Shown here in pieces: positions 1-12,490 of a stretch of 64,000 nucleotides of DNA. How positions within the stretch are numbered: position 1 is the stretch's first letter; every line of letters begins with the position of its first letter. Position numbers and translations under genes: made by a program. Below the pieces are notes generated by a model. The model had not been told where the DNA came from. It made no database searches and saw only the letters and a list, made by a program, of their open reading frames with translations. Location of the stretch: NCBI RefSeq assembly GCF_009914755.1, contig NC_060928.1. One strand, 5' to 3'. This DNA comes from the human T2T-CHM13v2.0 reference genome, Homo sapiens.

Positions 1-217
1 GTATATATTTATGGTGTACAACATGATGTTTTGATATATGTATGTACTGTGGAATGGATAAATCAAACAAATTAATATATGCATTATCCCACATACTTAT
101 TTTTCTGTGGTGAGAACACTTAAAATCTACTCTCTTAGCAATTTTCAAGTATACAATGTATTGTCATTAGCTCTAGTCACCATGATGTACAATAGATCTT
201 GTGAACTTATTCTTCTA
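1..217 (-). mobile_element. L1M (L1MA/MB-like) 3' end fragment
   Basis: Typical antisense L1M 3' UTR wording (acttaaaatctactctcttagcaattttcaagtatacaat...catgatgtacaatagatct); runs off the window edge. Confidence 0.7.
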
Positions 218-944
218 AGACAGGTTGATTTGAATCCCAGCTCTGTCTCTACTAGCTGTTTGAATTTAAGCAATTTATTTAATCACAGTGCACTCCAATT
301 TATTTATTTTTGAAAAGCAGATTAATGTACCTACCTCAAATATTTGTTATGGGGATGCAGTCACATAATTATTATCTAGTGCAGGGTTTGGCACATACTA
401 GAAGCTTAGTAAGGATGATTTATATACTTTCCTTAGCAAGGAAATCCTTAGTAAGGATAAGTTATATACTTTCTATCCTTCTATTCCTTTCTCTGTATTT
501 CCCCAAAGTTTTCTTATGTAAATATTTAACCCTGATTTGATTCAATCTCATAATATGGGTAGATCATAGTTGTTCACATGTATGTCTGCTATGCTCAGCT
601 GTAATTTCTTAGAGAGAGGAGGCAATGTTTCATTCATCTACACATCTATACAGCTCCTAGCTCATTGCTCTCCTCATTTCAGATAACCATTGATGTGAAA
701 AAACAGAAGAAAAAGAAGGAACAGAGAGGGGAAAAGAAAAGGAAAAGGATGTTGATTATAATGATGGATGTACTATGTCTGTACTCTAGCAACAACATTT
801 TATTTCATTATTTCTTAAATTTAATAAAACTTCAGTATTAGATGATATTCTAAATTAGTACAAAGAGATGACTTGAAATGTACAGATCAGACTAAATCAG
901 TGAGGAGCCCAAAATAAGCCACAAATCAATTTGTACACATTTAT

Positions 945-994
945 TGAATTCCCACTATGTACTTAAATACTGAATTCCCACTATGTACTTAAAT
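945..994. repeat. Tandem duplication, 26-bp period
   Basis: tgaattcccactatgtacttaaat at 945-968 and 971-994. Confidence 0.9.
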
Positions 995-1089
995 GACGGT
1001 GGGGTTCCAGCTCTTAATTCAATAGTCTATCCATGGTTAAATAGTGACGAACTGTTGATATACTAAAACAGCCCAAGTCTCATGTATTC

Positions 1090-1157
1090 TAAAAAGTCAA
1101 GAAATACATACTTACGGTTCTCATAAAAAGTCAAGAAATATATACTTATGGTTCCCA
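1090..1157. repeat. Tandem duplication, 34-bp period
   Basis: taaaaagtcaagaaataYatacttaYggttcYca present twice. Confidence 0.9.
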
Positions 1158-2269
1158 TAATAGTAACAGCCCTGCCTTGCTCTATAATATTATTTTGTTT
1201 TACTGCATATGGTCTGGACTCTAGGGCTATACTTAATGCGCAGTAAGGTAGAAATACAGCTGCCAAGAGAAAAATGTTATTGATTTATTTTTTTACTTAC
1301 ACGTACAAAACAAGGACAGTTTTCCTAAATGCCCAACTGGAAAGCTTATAATAATTTTAATATTATCAACTTGGTCTGAGTCTTTAATGAGAAGATACTA
1401 ATAAAAATGGCATCTAATAAAGCTGTTAATTAAATATAACCAAATGCCAAAATATAGGAGGAAGCCAGTCAATATTTAGGAAAAGGTAAGGTTTATGGAA
1501 TAAGTGGGTCTTAAAGCTGTGGACAAATGTAAATAAATAGAATGGGCCAGGGAGGGCATTTCAATGTGGGAACCATGAAAACAGAAGAAGACAGGACAGG
1601 GTTCAGATCAGTGGGCAGTAAAAGTCTACATAAGCGAGGAACTGGAAGAAAAATGTGGACAAATAAAATGGGTTCAGATTATATGTGGCCTTGAATGCCA
1701 ATCCCTGTAGCTTGGATTTGGTCCTATAAATAAGTAGTCACTCAAGAGGGCTCTGGGATGCAGGGAGACCTTGTGAAAGTGAAGTGCAGGGAAGATGAGG
1801 TAAGCAGGACCTACTCATGAGATTCCGGTGGCCAAAAGGCAGGAGGTAGGGAAACCAGTGTGGAAACTAGTACAGGGTTTTCACACATCAAACCATGGTT
1901 ATTTAACATTGTCTTAAAAATTTGTAATGCATGGGAGTTCTCAGACTTATTTCTAAATAGCAAGTGGTGGAAGAAGAGAGTAGGTAGAAGAGTTCCAGGC
2001 AGGTCAGTTCAAGCTCAGTCCTTCTTGGAACCTTATATTTGCATCAAGGTGATTGCCAGTGTCATTAAATGGATCCAGGTGAAAGACACACTAGCTGGAC
2101 CGAAGAAAATGTGAAACTGAAAGGAATTACCACTAGTTAAGACCGGGAAAGACACAGTACTGAAAGTACTTCACGGTGTGAAGACCTTCCATGAGCAAGA
2201 CCTCATGGAATACATATTACCTTTATGTGAATAGCACTTTGCAAAATGTTTCATGCACTGTATTAATGA

Positions 2270-2470
2270 CTGTTATGTATATAGCACTTACTATGTGCCT
2301 GGCACAACTAATACAACAACCCTAGGAGGTAGGTACTAGCATCCACTTTTACAGATGCACAAAAGTAATAACCTGTCCAACATCACGTTGCTGGGAATAC
2401 TGGAACCAGGATTGGGCCCAGGGGGTCTAACTCCAGGACCTGTGCTCTTAACACTACACTCTGCTGCTTC
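2270..2470 (-). mobile_element. MIR fragment
   Basis: MIR core-like text (agcacttactatgtgcctggcac...ccacttttacagatg...ctcttaacactacact). Confidence 0.6.
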
Positions 2471-3666
2471 TCATTCTACTTCCTCTTTAAGATCAATCTT
2501 ACTTGTTCAACAAATATTTACAGAGTTCTTACTTGCAAGGATCTATCCCATATATTGAGTTTCCAGTGGTGGATGAGCCATGACCCCTACTTTCAACCAC
2601 ATACAGTTTAGAGATCCAGACAGACAAGTATATCCACATTTTACTGCTGAAAAATGGAAACCTAAGCTAAAATAAATAACTTATCCAAGCATACAGCCAA
2701 TATAGCAGGTGATTAGGCCAGGACTTGAATGCTGATATTACATCTGCAAGTCTAATGCTTATTCCAAGTAACGCTGTTACTACTTTTTCTAGCCTACTAG
2801 AAAAAAATGAAAGAAAACAACAATATAAAAACCAGAACTAACTAGTCTAGCCAGATTTCTACAAAAGGGCCTGATCTTGGATGAAGACAACATTGAATGA
2901 AGAGGCTGTGACTCTGATGCAAATAGCACAGGTTACCTATGCCCATATACAACATACTCATTCAAGAGCTAAACAATGTATCATTTCAAACATGAAATGT
3001 CCTGTCATCAATCAATATTTTTCCTAAAATTATTTCAGATGCTCTGGAATAAACCATTCACATAGGGCCAATTCTCTCAAGGAAAAATCAAGAGAAACCC
3101 TTGTGGGCCGAGAAGCTGAAGACCACTCCAATCAGTTCATTTCCACAGTAATTAAAACTGTCTTTCATTTTTCCTTCTGTCCCTTCAATGTCCCCTAAGG
3201 GAGGCCTACAGATCCTCCTTTGATACATAAGAAAATTTCCCCAAACTACCTAACTATATCATTTTGCAAGATTTGTTTTACCAAATTTTGATGGCCTTTC
3301 TGAGCTTGTCAGTGTGAACCACTATTACGAACGATCGGATATTAACTGCCCCTCACCGTCCAGGTGTAGCTGGCAACATCAAGTGCAGTAAATATTCATT
3401 AAGTTTTCACCTACTAAGGTGCTTAAACACCCTAGGGTGCCATGTCGGTAGCAGATCTTTTGATTTGTTTTTATTTCCCATAAGGGTCCTGTTCAAGGTC
3501 AATCATACATGTAGTGTGAGCAGCTAGTCACTATCGCATGACTTGGAGGGTGATAATAGAGGCCTCCTTTGCTGTTAAAGAACTCTTGTCCCAGCCTGTC
3601 AAAGTGGATGAATTTAAGGAAGAGAAGTTTGATAACAGGGAACTAGCAGGGTTATTAAGGAAGTTA

Positions 3667-4269
<603 letters not shown>

Positions 4270-4926
4270 CTACTGGAACTAGTCAAAAAATCAAGGAGGA
4301 GGGACTCCTCCCTAACTCATTTTATGAAGCCAGCATCACCTTGATAACAAAATCTGGTAAAGATGTAACAAAAAAAGAAAACTACAGGCCAATATCCCTG
4401 ATGAACATAGACACAAAAGTCCTCAACAAAATACTAGCAAATCGAATCCAGCAGCACATCAAAAAGTTAATTCCCCGTGATCGCATAGGCTTCACTTCTG
4501 GGATGCAAGGCTGGTTCAACATATGCAAATCAGTAAATGTGATTCATAACATAAACAGAATTAAAAACAAAAACCATATCATCATCTCAATAGATGTGGT
4601 AAAAGCTTTCAATACAATCCAACATTCTTTCATGATAAAAATAAAGAAGCTAGGCATTGAAGGAACATACCTCAAAATAATAAGAGCCATCTAGGACAAA
4701 CCCACAGCCAACATTATACTGAATGGGCAAAACCTGGAAGCGTTCCCCTTGAGAACTGGAGCAAGACAAGGATGCCCACTCTTACCACTCCTATTTGACA
4801 TAGTACTGGAAATCCTTGCCACAGTAATCAGGCAAGAGAAAGAAAATAATAAATAGGAAAAGAAAAAGTCAAACTATCTCTCTTTGTGGGTGGTATGAAT
4901 CTATACTTAGAAAATCCTATAAACTT

Positions 4927-5221
4927 GGCCAGGTACAGTGGCTGACACCTGTAATCCCAGCACTTTGGGAGGCTGAGGCTGGCAAATCACTTAAGGCCAG
5001 GAGTTTGAGAACAGCCTGGCCAACATGGCAAAACCCTGTCTCTACTAAAAATACAAAAATTAGCTGGACATGGTGGTGCACAGCTCCCAACTACTCGGGA
5101 GGTTGAGGCATGAGAATTGCTGGAACCCAGGAGGCGGAGGTTGCAGTGAGCTGAGATTGCACCATTGCGCTCCAGCCTGGATGACAGAGGGAGACTCTGT
5201 CTCAAAAAAACAAAAAAAAAA
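4927..5221 (+). mobile_element. Alu (AluS-like) within L1, no visible TSD
   Basis: Dimeric Alu with A-tail; flanks differ. Confidence 0.9.
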
Positions 5222-5825
5222 GCTAAGAGCCAAATCAAGAACACAATCCCATTTACAATAGCTGCAAAAAACAAAATAAAACAAAAAATCTAGGAATATA
5301 TCTAACCAAGGAGGTAAACGATCTCTATAAGGAGAACTACAAAATACTGCTGAAAGAAATTACAGATGACACAACCATGGAAAACATTCTATGCTCACAG
5401 ATTGGAAGAATCAATATTATTAAAATGGCTGTTCTTCCTAAAACAATCTACAAATTCAACACTATTCCTATCAAACTACCAATGTCATTTCCCACAGAAC
5501 TAGAAAAAACCTATTCTAAAATTCACATGGAACTAAACAAGAGCTGGAATAACCAAAGCAATCCTAAGCATAAAGAACAAAACCAGAGGTATCACATTAC
5601 CCAACTTCAGACTATACTATAAGGTTACAGTAACCAAAACAGCATAGTACTGGTACAAAAACAGACAGACTAGTGGAACAGAATAAACACAGAATTAATG
5701 CCACACACCTGCAGCCACCTGATCTTTGACAAAATTGACAAAAAATAGGCAATGGGGAAAGGACTCCCTACTCAGTAAATGCTGCTGGGATAGCTGGCTA
5801 GCCTTATGCAGAAAAATAAAACTGG

Positions 5826-6130
5826 GGCCGGGCGTGGTGGCTCACGTCTGTAATCCCAGCACTTTGGGAGGCCGAGGCGGGCAGATTACGAGGCCAGGAG
5901 ATCGAGACCATCTTGGCTAACACAGTGAAACCCCGTCTCTACTAAAAATACAAAAAATTAGCCAGGCATGGTAGTGGGTGCCTGTAGTCCCAGCTACTTG
6001 GGAGGCTGAGGCAGGAGAATGGTGTGACCCGGGAGGTGGAGGTTGCAGTGAGCCAAGATCGCGCCACTGCACTCTAGCCTGGGCAACAGAGTGAGACTCT
6101 GTCTCAAAAATAAATAAATAAAATAAAATA
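5826..6130 (+). mobile_element. Alu (AluY/Sc-like) within L1
   Basis: Full Alu, (TAAAA)n tail, TSD aaataaaactgg on both sides. Confidence 0.95.
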
Positions 6131-6533
6131 AATAAAACTGGACTTCTACCTTTCACCATATACAAAAATTAACTCAAGATGGATTAAATATTTAAATGTA
6201 AGGTTTCAAACTATAAGAATCCTAGAAGAAAACCTAGGAAACACCATTCAGGACATCAACCTTGGGAAAAGAATTTATGACTTAGTTCTCAAAAGCAATT
6301 GCAACAAAAATAAAAATTGAGAAGTGGGACCTAATTAAGCTAAAGAGTTTCTGCACAGCAAAGGAACTATCAACAGAGTAAACAGACAACCTACAGAATG
6401 GGAGAAGAAAATGTTGGTAAACTATGCACGTAACTAAGGTCTAATATCCAGAATTTATAAGAAACAATTAAACAAGCAAAAAACAAATAACCCAAATAAA
6501 AAATGAGCAAAAGACATGAACACACACGTCTCA

Positions 6534-6897
<364 letters not shown>

Positions 6898-8514
6898 TCA
6901 CCAGAGAAATGCAAATCAAAACCACAATGTGATACCATCTCCCACCAGTCAGAATGGCTATTATTAAAATGTCAAAAAACAACAGATGTTGGCAAGGCTG
7001 CAGAGAAAAGGGAATGCTTAGGAACTGTTGGTGGGAATATAAATTAGTCCAGTCACAGTGGAAAGCAGTTTGGAGCAGTTCAAAGAACTTGAAACAGAAC
7101 TACCATTCAACCCAGCAGTCCTCTTACTGGATATATAGCCAAAAGAAAATATATCATTCTACCAAAAAGACACATGCACTCATATGTTCATCACAGCTCT
7201 ATTCACAATAGCAAAGACATGGAATCAACCTAGGTACCCATCAATGGGGAACTGGTCCAAGAAAATGTGGTACATATACACCACGGAATACTATACAGCC
7301 ATAAAAAAGAATGAAATCATGTCCTTTGCAACAACATGGATACAGCTAGAGGCCATTATCCTCAGTGAATTAATGCAGAAACAGAAAAACAAATACCGTA
7401 CGTTCTCATAAGTGGGAGCTAAACAATGGGTACTCATGGACATAAAGATGAGGACTACCAGAGAGGGGAGGGAGGACAGAAAGGACTGAAAAACTAACTA
7501 TTGGGTACTATGCTCAGTACCTGGGTGATGAGAACAATTGTATCCCAAACTTCAGTATCATGCAATATATTTAGGTAACAAACTTGGACATGTACCTCCT
7601 AAACAGCTGAAATTACTTAAAAAATTAAAACATAGTTTTTCAATCACTTAAATATCAAATTTATTTTCAATAACATCTCATTTATTTTTAATAAAATGTA
7701 ATATATTTAAAAATCTTTACATTGTTCGTGCAAGGGGCAGCAGGGTGTTGTGGAATGAAGGGTCCCAGGGCAAGTCTACCATCTCCTTTCCCATTGCCTT
7801 TCTGAGCATGCTGCAGTCCAGTCCCTCTGAACCAAAAGTGGCTCCCCAAATTGCTGAGCTTGCTGGCTGGGCTCTGTGCTAGATGGAGTGAATATGAAGA
7901 CACAGTCCCACTCCCATGCAATTCATAGATAATTAATTAGGAAATAAGTGCAGCAGCTGGAAATTGGTACAGGAAACCAGGGAGCTCCAAAGAGAGGAAA
8001 CTAACCCAGCACTGGGGCAGGTGGTGGGCAAGCGAGGAGGTAATGGCCCTGGGCTGGGTCTTCAGGGATGTGAAGGCTTTAAGCTGGTGAGGAGGCACTG
8101 CATGCAGATGTCAGGGCATGGACAGGGCTGCAAGGCTCCCAACCACTTGTGTGTGCAGGAAACAGAGTTTGTGATGCTTAGGGAATCATGAGTAAGTCAG
8201 AGAGTGGTGATAGGTGAGCCAGAGAGGTGGGCAAGTGCCCCATCCTGGGGGTAATGGCATTGCAGCCAATGATTTGGCTTTCGCTATAGGGAAATGTGTT
8301 CATTGGAAATACTTCAGAAGGCAGAGATGGTGATAAAGAAGAAGATGAGAAGTACTAAAAAAAAAAATCCCCAATTCAGAGATAACCACTGTTACATTTG
8401 ATGTGCAATCTTTTGCACAAATATATATATATGTGTGCATGTTTGCATGTAATATATTCATATGAATATATACACTTACATATACTAACAAAAATATTTT
8501 TCTTCAAAAATAAA

Positions 8515-8945
8515 ATGATTTGAAATGTGGTATATATACTATGGAATATTATTCAGCCTTAAAAAGGAAGGAAATGATGACACGTACTACAACATGGATG
8601 AATCATGAGGACATTACGCTAGGTGAAATAAGCCAGCCACAAAAAGACAAATACTATACCATATGATTCCACTTATATGAGGTATCTAGAGAAATTAAAT
8701 TCATAGAGAAAAGTAGAATAATGGTTGTCAGGGGCTAGGGGTAGGAGGATATGGGGAGTTGTTTAATGGGTATAGAGTTTCAGTTCTGTAAGACGAAAGA
8801 AGTTTTGGAGATTGGATGTACAGCAATGTTAATATACTTGGGACTACGGAACTGTACACTTAAAAATAGTGAAGGTGGTCAATTCCATTATGTGGATTTT
8901 ACCACAAGTAAGGATTAAACATGTAAGTAATTAAAATTTAAAAAG
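8515..8945 (+). mobile_element. L1MB/L1MC-like 3' end
   Basis: aaatgtggtatatatactatggaatattattcagccttaaaaaggaagg...gaactgtacacttaaaaat, typical L1M 3' UTR. Confidence 0.8.
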
Positions 8946-9314
8946 GAAATCACTTAACAAAGCTCTTTAAACTTTTTCACTTCTTTTTGTAATCATCTCT
9001 TTATTGGAGATATATACAACTCCGTCAACATTTCAGAGGACTGTATAGTATTCTATTGTAGAGATCGACCTTAATTTATTTAACCCAGGAGAATTATTTT
9101 TTAGAATGTAAGAAATTTGCAAATGCTTGTCTGATGGGAAGGAGCTAGCAAAGAGCAGAGAGAGGTACAGGACCACAGAAGAGAGGAATATAATAATAGA
9201 GCAAAAACCCTGGACCCAAAGGAGGTGAGAGGAGATGGCATTAGGGGTTCAGGTGATGTGCTAGTCTTAAACACAAAGAAAAATGGACATCATATCCTCT
9301 GAGGAAAGGAGGTT

Positions 9315-9694
9315 GATATGGTTTGGCTCTGTGTCCCCACCCAAATCTCACCTAGAACTGTAATCCCCATAATCCCCATGTGTTGAGGGAGGGGCCTGGT
9401 GGGAGGTGACTAGATCAAGAGGGCAGTTTCCCCATGCTGTTCTCATGGTAGTGAGTGAGTTCTCACAAGATCTGATGGTTTTATAAGTGTTTAACAGTTC
9501 CACCTTCACATGCTCTCTCTCATGAACTCTCATGAACTCTCTCTCTCTCTCACCTGCAGCCATGTAAGACGTGCCTGCTTCCCCTTCTGCCATGATTTTA
9601 AGTTTGCTGAGGCCTCCCTAGCCATGCAGAAGTTTCCTTGATAAATTACCCACTCTTGGGCCGTTCTTTATAGCACTGTGAAAACAGAGATACA
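9315..9694 (+). mobile_element. MaLR solo LTR (MSTA/THE1-like)
   Basis: Starts tgatatggtttggctctgtgtccccacccaaatctca; ends ttctttatagcactgtgaaaacagagataca. Confidence 0.85.
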
Positions 9695-9798
9695 GATGGA
9701 TATATAAGAAAGAGTTTGGGCAGCTGTGGGAAGTCAAGAGACTAGAGGTCTCAATGAAAAAATAGATTGAGGAGTAGGGTATGAAAGAGCTGGAAGGA

Positions 9799-10098
9799 GC
9801 CAGGCACGATGGCTCATGCTTGTAATCCCAGCACTTTGGGAGGCCGAGGTGGGCGGATCACGAGGTCAGGAGATCAAGACCACGGTGAAACCCTGTTTCT
9901 ACTAAAAGTACAAAAAAATTAGCCAGGCATGGTGGCGGGCACCGGTAGTCCCAGCAACTCAGAGAGGCTAAGCCAGGAGAATGGCGTGAACCCAGGAGGC
10001 GGAGCTTGCAGTGAGCCGAGATCGCACCACTGCACTCCAGCCTGGGCGACAGAGCGAGACTCCGTCTCAAAAAAAAAAAAAGAAAGAAAGAAAGAAAG
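9799..10098 (+). mobile_element. Alu (AluY-like)
   Basis: gaatggcgtgaaccc...gcggagcttgcagtgagccgag diagnostic; TSD aagagctgg(a/c)agga. Confidence 0.93.
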
Positions 10099-10489
10099 GA
10101 AGAGCTGGCAGGATGCACAGTTATGTTCAAAGGATGCACAGTTATGTTCAGAGAATGGGATAGTGGGGTTAAGATTTCTGAGGTGAAAAAATAGCAGCCA
10201 GACAAGAGTTTGGGTGAAGGCTTGAGAGTGAGTAGGTATGGTTTAGTGGAGGTGAAGATGCTAAGAAGGTCCAATGGAGTTTGAGGCTGAATTCATCGGT
10301 CAGACCCTCTAGGATGATGTCATTGCCATAAGTTACTGCAAGAGTTGGGGGAGAAAGGGAGGTACAGGAAGACATGGAGCCAGATTGTCAGTTCTTTAAG
10401 AAATAAACAGGAGTGACTGGGAATTGAATGAAGAGTTGGGATGACAAAGGGTGGAAGGGGGTTGCCTCATTCAGCAATGAGACTTGTAG

Positions 10490-11130
10490 TTCTTAGAAAA
10501 CATTCTCCAGCACCCCCAAATTCTTTACCATGATTTTTTTTCTCCATAGCACATACAGCATACACTATACTATTTATTTATCTACGGTCTGTCCTCCCCA
10601 CTATAATGTAAAGCTCCCTGAGGACAGAAATGTCCATTTTGTTCAGTGCTCTATCACCAATACCTAGATTATGGCTACACATAGCAATGCTTCAATAAAT
10701 CATATTTGAATGAATGAGTGAATGAGTAAATGGTAAAGGTCAGTTAAAATAAGGACATTCCATGAGGTTTGCTAAAATAGCAGGGAGAGTCTTCCTCAGG
10801 AAGGAGCTATCTTATAGTGTTCAGACTTAGGGACAGAAAAGTCAGCCAGGGCCTCATCCCAGTGTGTATCTGCTTTTTTTCATTTTCCCCTTTTCACGTG
10901 ACTACTCTTTTTGATCCTATAAGACTCAGCTTGGGTGTCACCATCTCTGGAAAGCACCACCTGATGTCTCTCCCCTTATCTATCCAGGGCGGCTGCCCCT
11001 CATGTTCTTATGGTACCCTAGGATGCCTCTCAATTAGCATGCTTACCCCACTGTATGGTAACTGTTTACATGGCAGTCACCCCACTAGACTGAATAAGTG
11101 TGGCATATCTTAAACATGCAGTAGGCACTC
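10490..11130 (-). mobile_element. L2 fragments
   Basis: L2 3'-end-like text (taatgtaaagctccctgaggacag...ttgaatgaatgagtgaatga). Confidence 0.55.
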
Positions 11131-11556
11131 TGGTATAGTTTGGATATTTGATCCCTCCAAACCTTATGTTGAAATTTGATACCCAATGTTAGCGGTGGGG
11201 ACTAATGGGAGGGGTTTAGGTAATGGGGCTGATCCTTCATAAATGTCTTGGTAGCAACCTCACAGTAGCAAGTTTTCACTCTATGAGCTCCCAAGAAAGC
11301 TGGTTGTTAAAAAGAGGCTGTCCCCTCCCTCCCTTCTCTCTGGTTGCCTCCTCTCTCGGCATGTGATTTCTGCACACACTGGCTCCCCCACACCTTCCAC
11401 CATGAGTGGAAACAGCCTGAAGCCTGCACCAGAACCAGATGTTGGCACCATGCTTCTCGTACAGCCTGCAAAACTAGGAGCCAAATAAACCTCTTTTCTT
11501 TATAAATTACCCACTACCCTCGGGTATTCCTTTATAGCAACACAAAAATGTATTAA
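11131..11556 (+). mobile_element. MaLR solo LTR (MSTC/MSTD-like)
   Basis: tggtatagtttggatatttg...tgttgaaatttgat; 3' aaataaacctcttttctttataaattaccc...tttatagcaacacaaaa. Confidence 0.8.
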
Positions 11557-11879
11557 AATGTGCTCTATAAATGTTTTTGAATACATAAGTAGAAAGCACT
11601 GGATGTGTGAGTTGGAAGATCCTGCATTTTTCCTTCTTTGAAGCTCACCTCTGTCACACACAAATCTACACTTTGGCCCTACTGAGCAAATGGGCCCTGG
11701 TGCTAGAGAAACCAGGTGGGAAAACAGCTCAGTCCCCACCAGAGCTTTCCTGTTAAGCTAAGCTAGGTGTCCACTGGCCTTCATGTGTCCATTTCCCTGC
11801 CCATCTGCCCATAAGCTTGCCTGTGATGACCTGGTGGAATTCTGAAGTACACAGGCTACCTAGCTCACCTGTGATGTTG

Positions 11880-12045
11880 CCTAGCCAGTAGAGCACAATG
11901 AAATCATCTGGGAAGCTTTTAAAAAAAAGTTTGGTGTCTGAGCTCCCCGACCCACCCAGAGATTCTGATTTAATAGATTTGGGGTGCCGCTGGAATTGTA
12001 GAGTTCGTCAGATGATTTTTTGTGCAGCCATGGTTGAGAACCTCT
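11880..12045. mobile_element. MER5-like hAT-Charlie fragment
   Basis: aatcatctgggaagcttttaaaa...cccagagattctgatttaat...ggttgagaacc. Confidence 0.6.
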
Positions 12046-12269
12046 GCCCCCTGCCTCGCTTGCCATCTCTTCTGGGCTTGTGGTGCTGTCTAAAGTAGCA
12101 ACTCATTAAGAACTTCTTCAGTCCAGGGTCTGCCCAGGCCAGCCATGGGCAAAGGTCAATGGTCTGTCTGAAGAACCCAGTGGAAGGGTGCTGCATCTTA
12201 GGGCAGCACAAGAAGCCAGATCACATTAGTTAACTGGCCTGGAGGAAAGAACACCTTTGTGTTCCATCT

Positions 12270-12490
12270 GAAACTGCTGTCCAGTAGCCACAGAGGCTAT
12301 TAAAATTTGAATTAATCAAAATTAAAAATTCAGTCAATAACAGGCTAGCCAGTGCATTGTCACCTTTATGGGCCACCTGGTCTCTGTTCCAGTTACTCAA
12401 CTCTTCAGTGTTCATGTAGAGGCAGTCACAGGTAACATGTAAACAATGGGTATGGCTGTGTACCAATTGGACTTTATTTACAAAATAGCT
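12270..12490. mobile_element. MER3/MER58-like hAT fragments
   Basis: ctgtcc...tagccacagaggctattaaaatttgaatt and tggctgtgtaccaattggactttatttacaaaatag. Confidence 0.5.

Noticed and set aside
3357-3410. Possible 54-nt minus-strand exon (tag|GTGAAAAC...GACG|gtgagg)
   Set aside because: Good donor, but the acceptor has almost no polypyrimidine tract and there is no recognisable reading frame.
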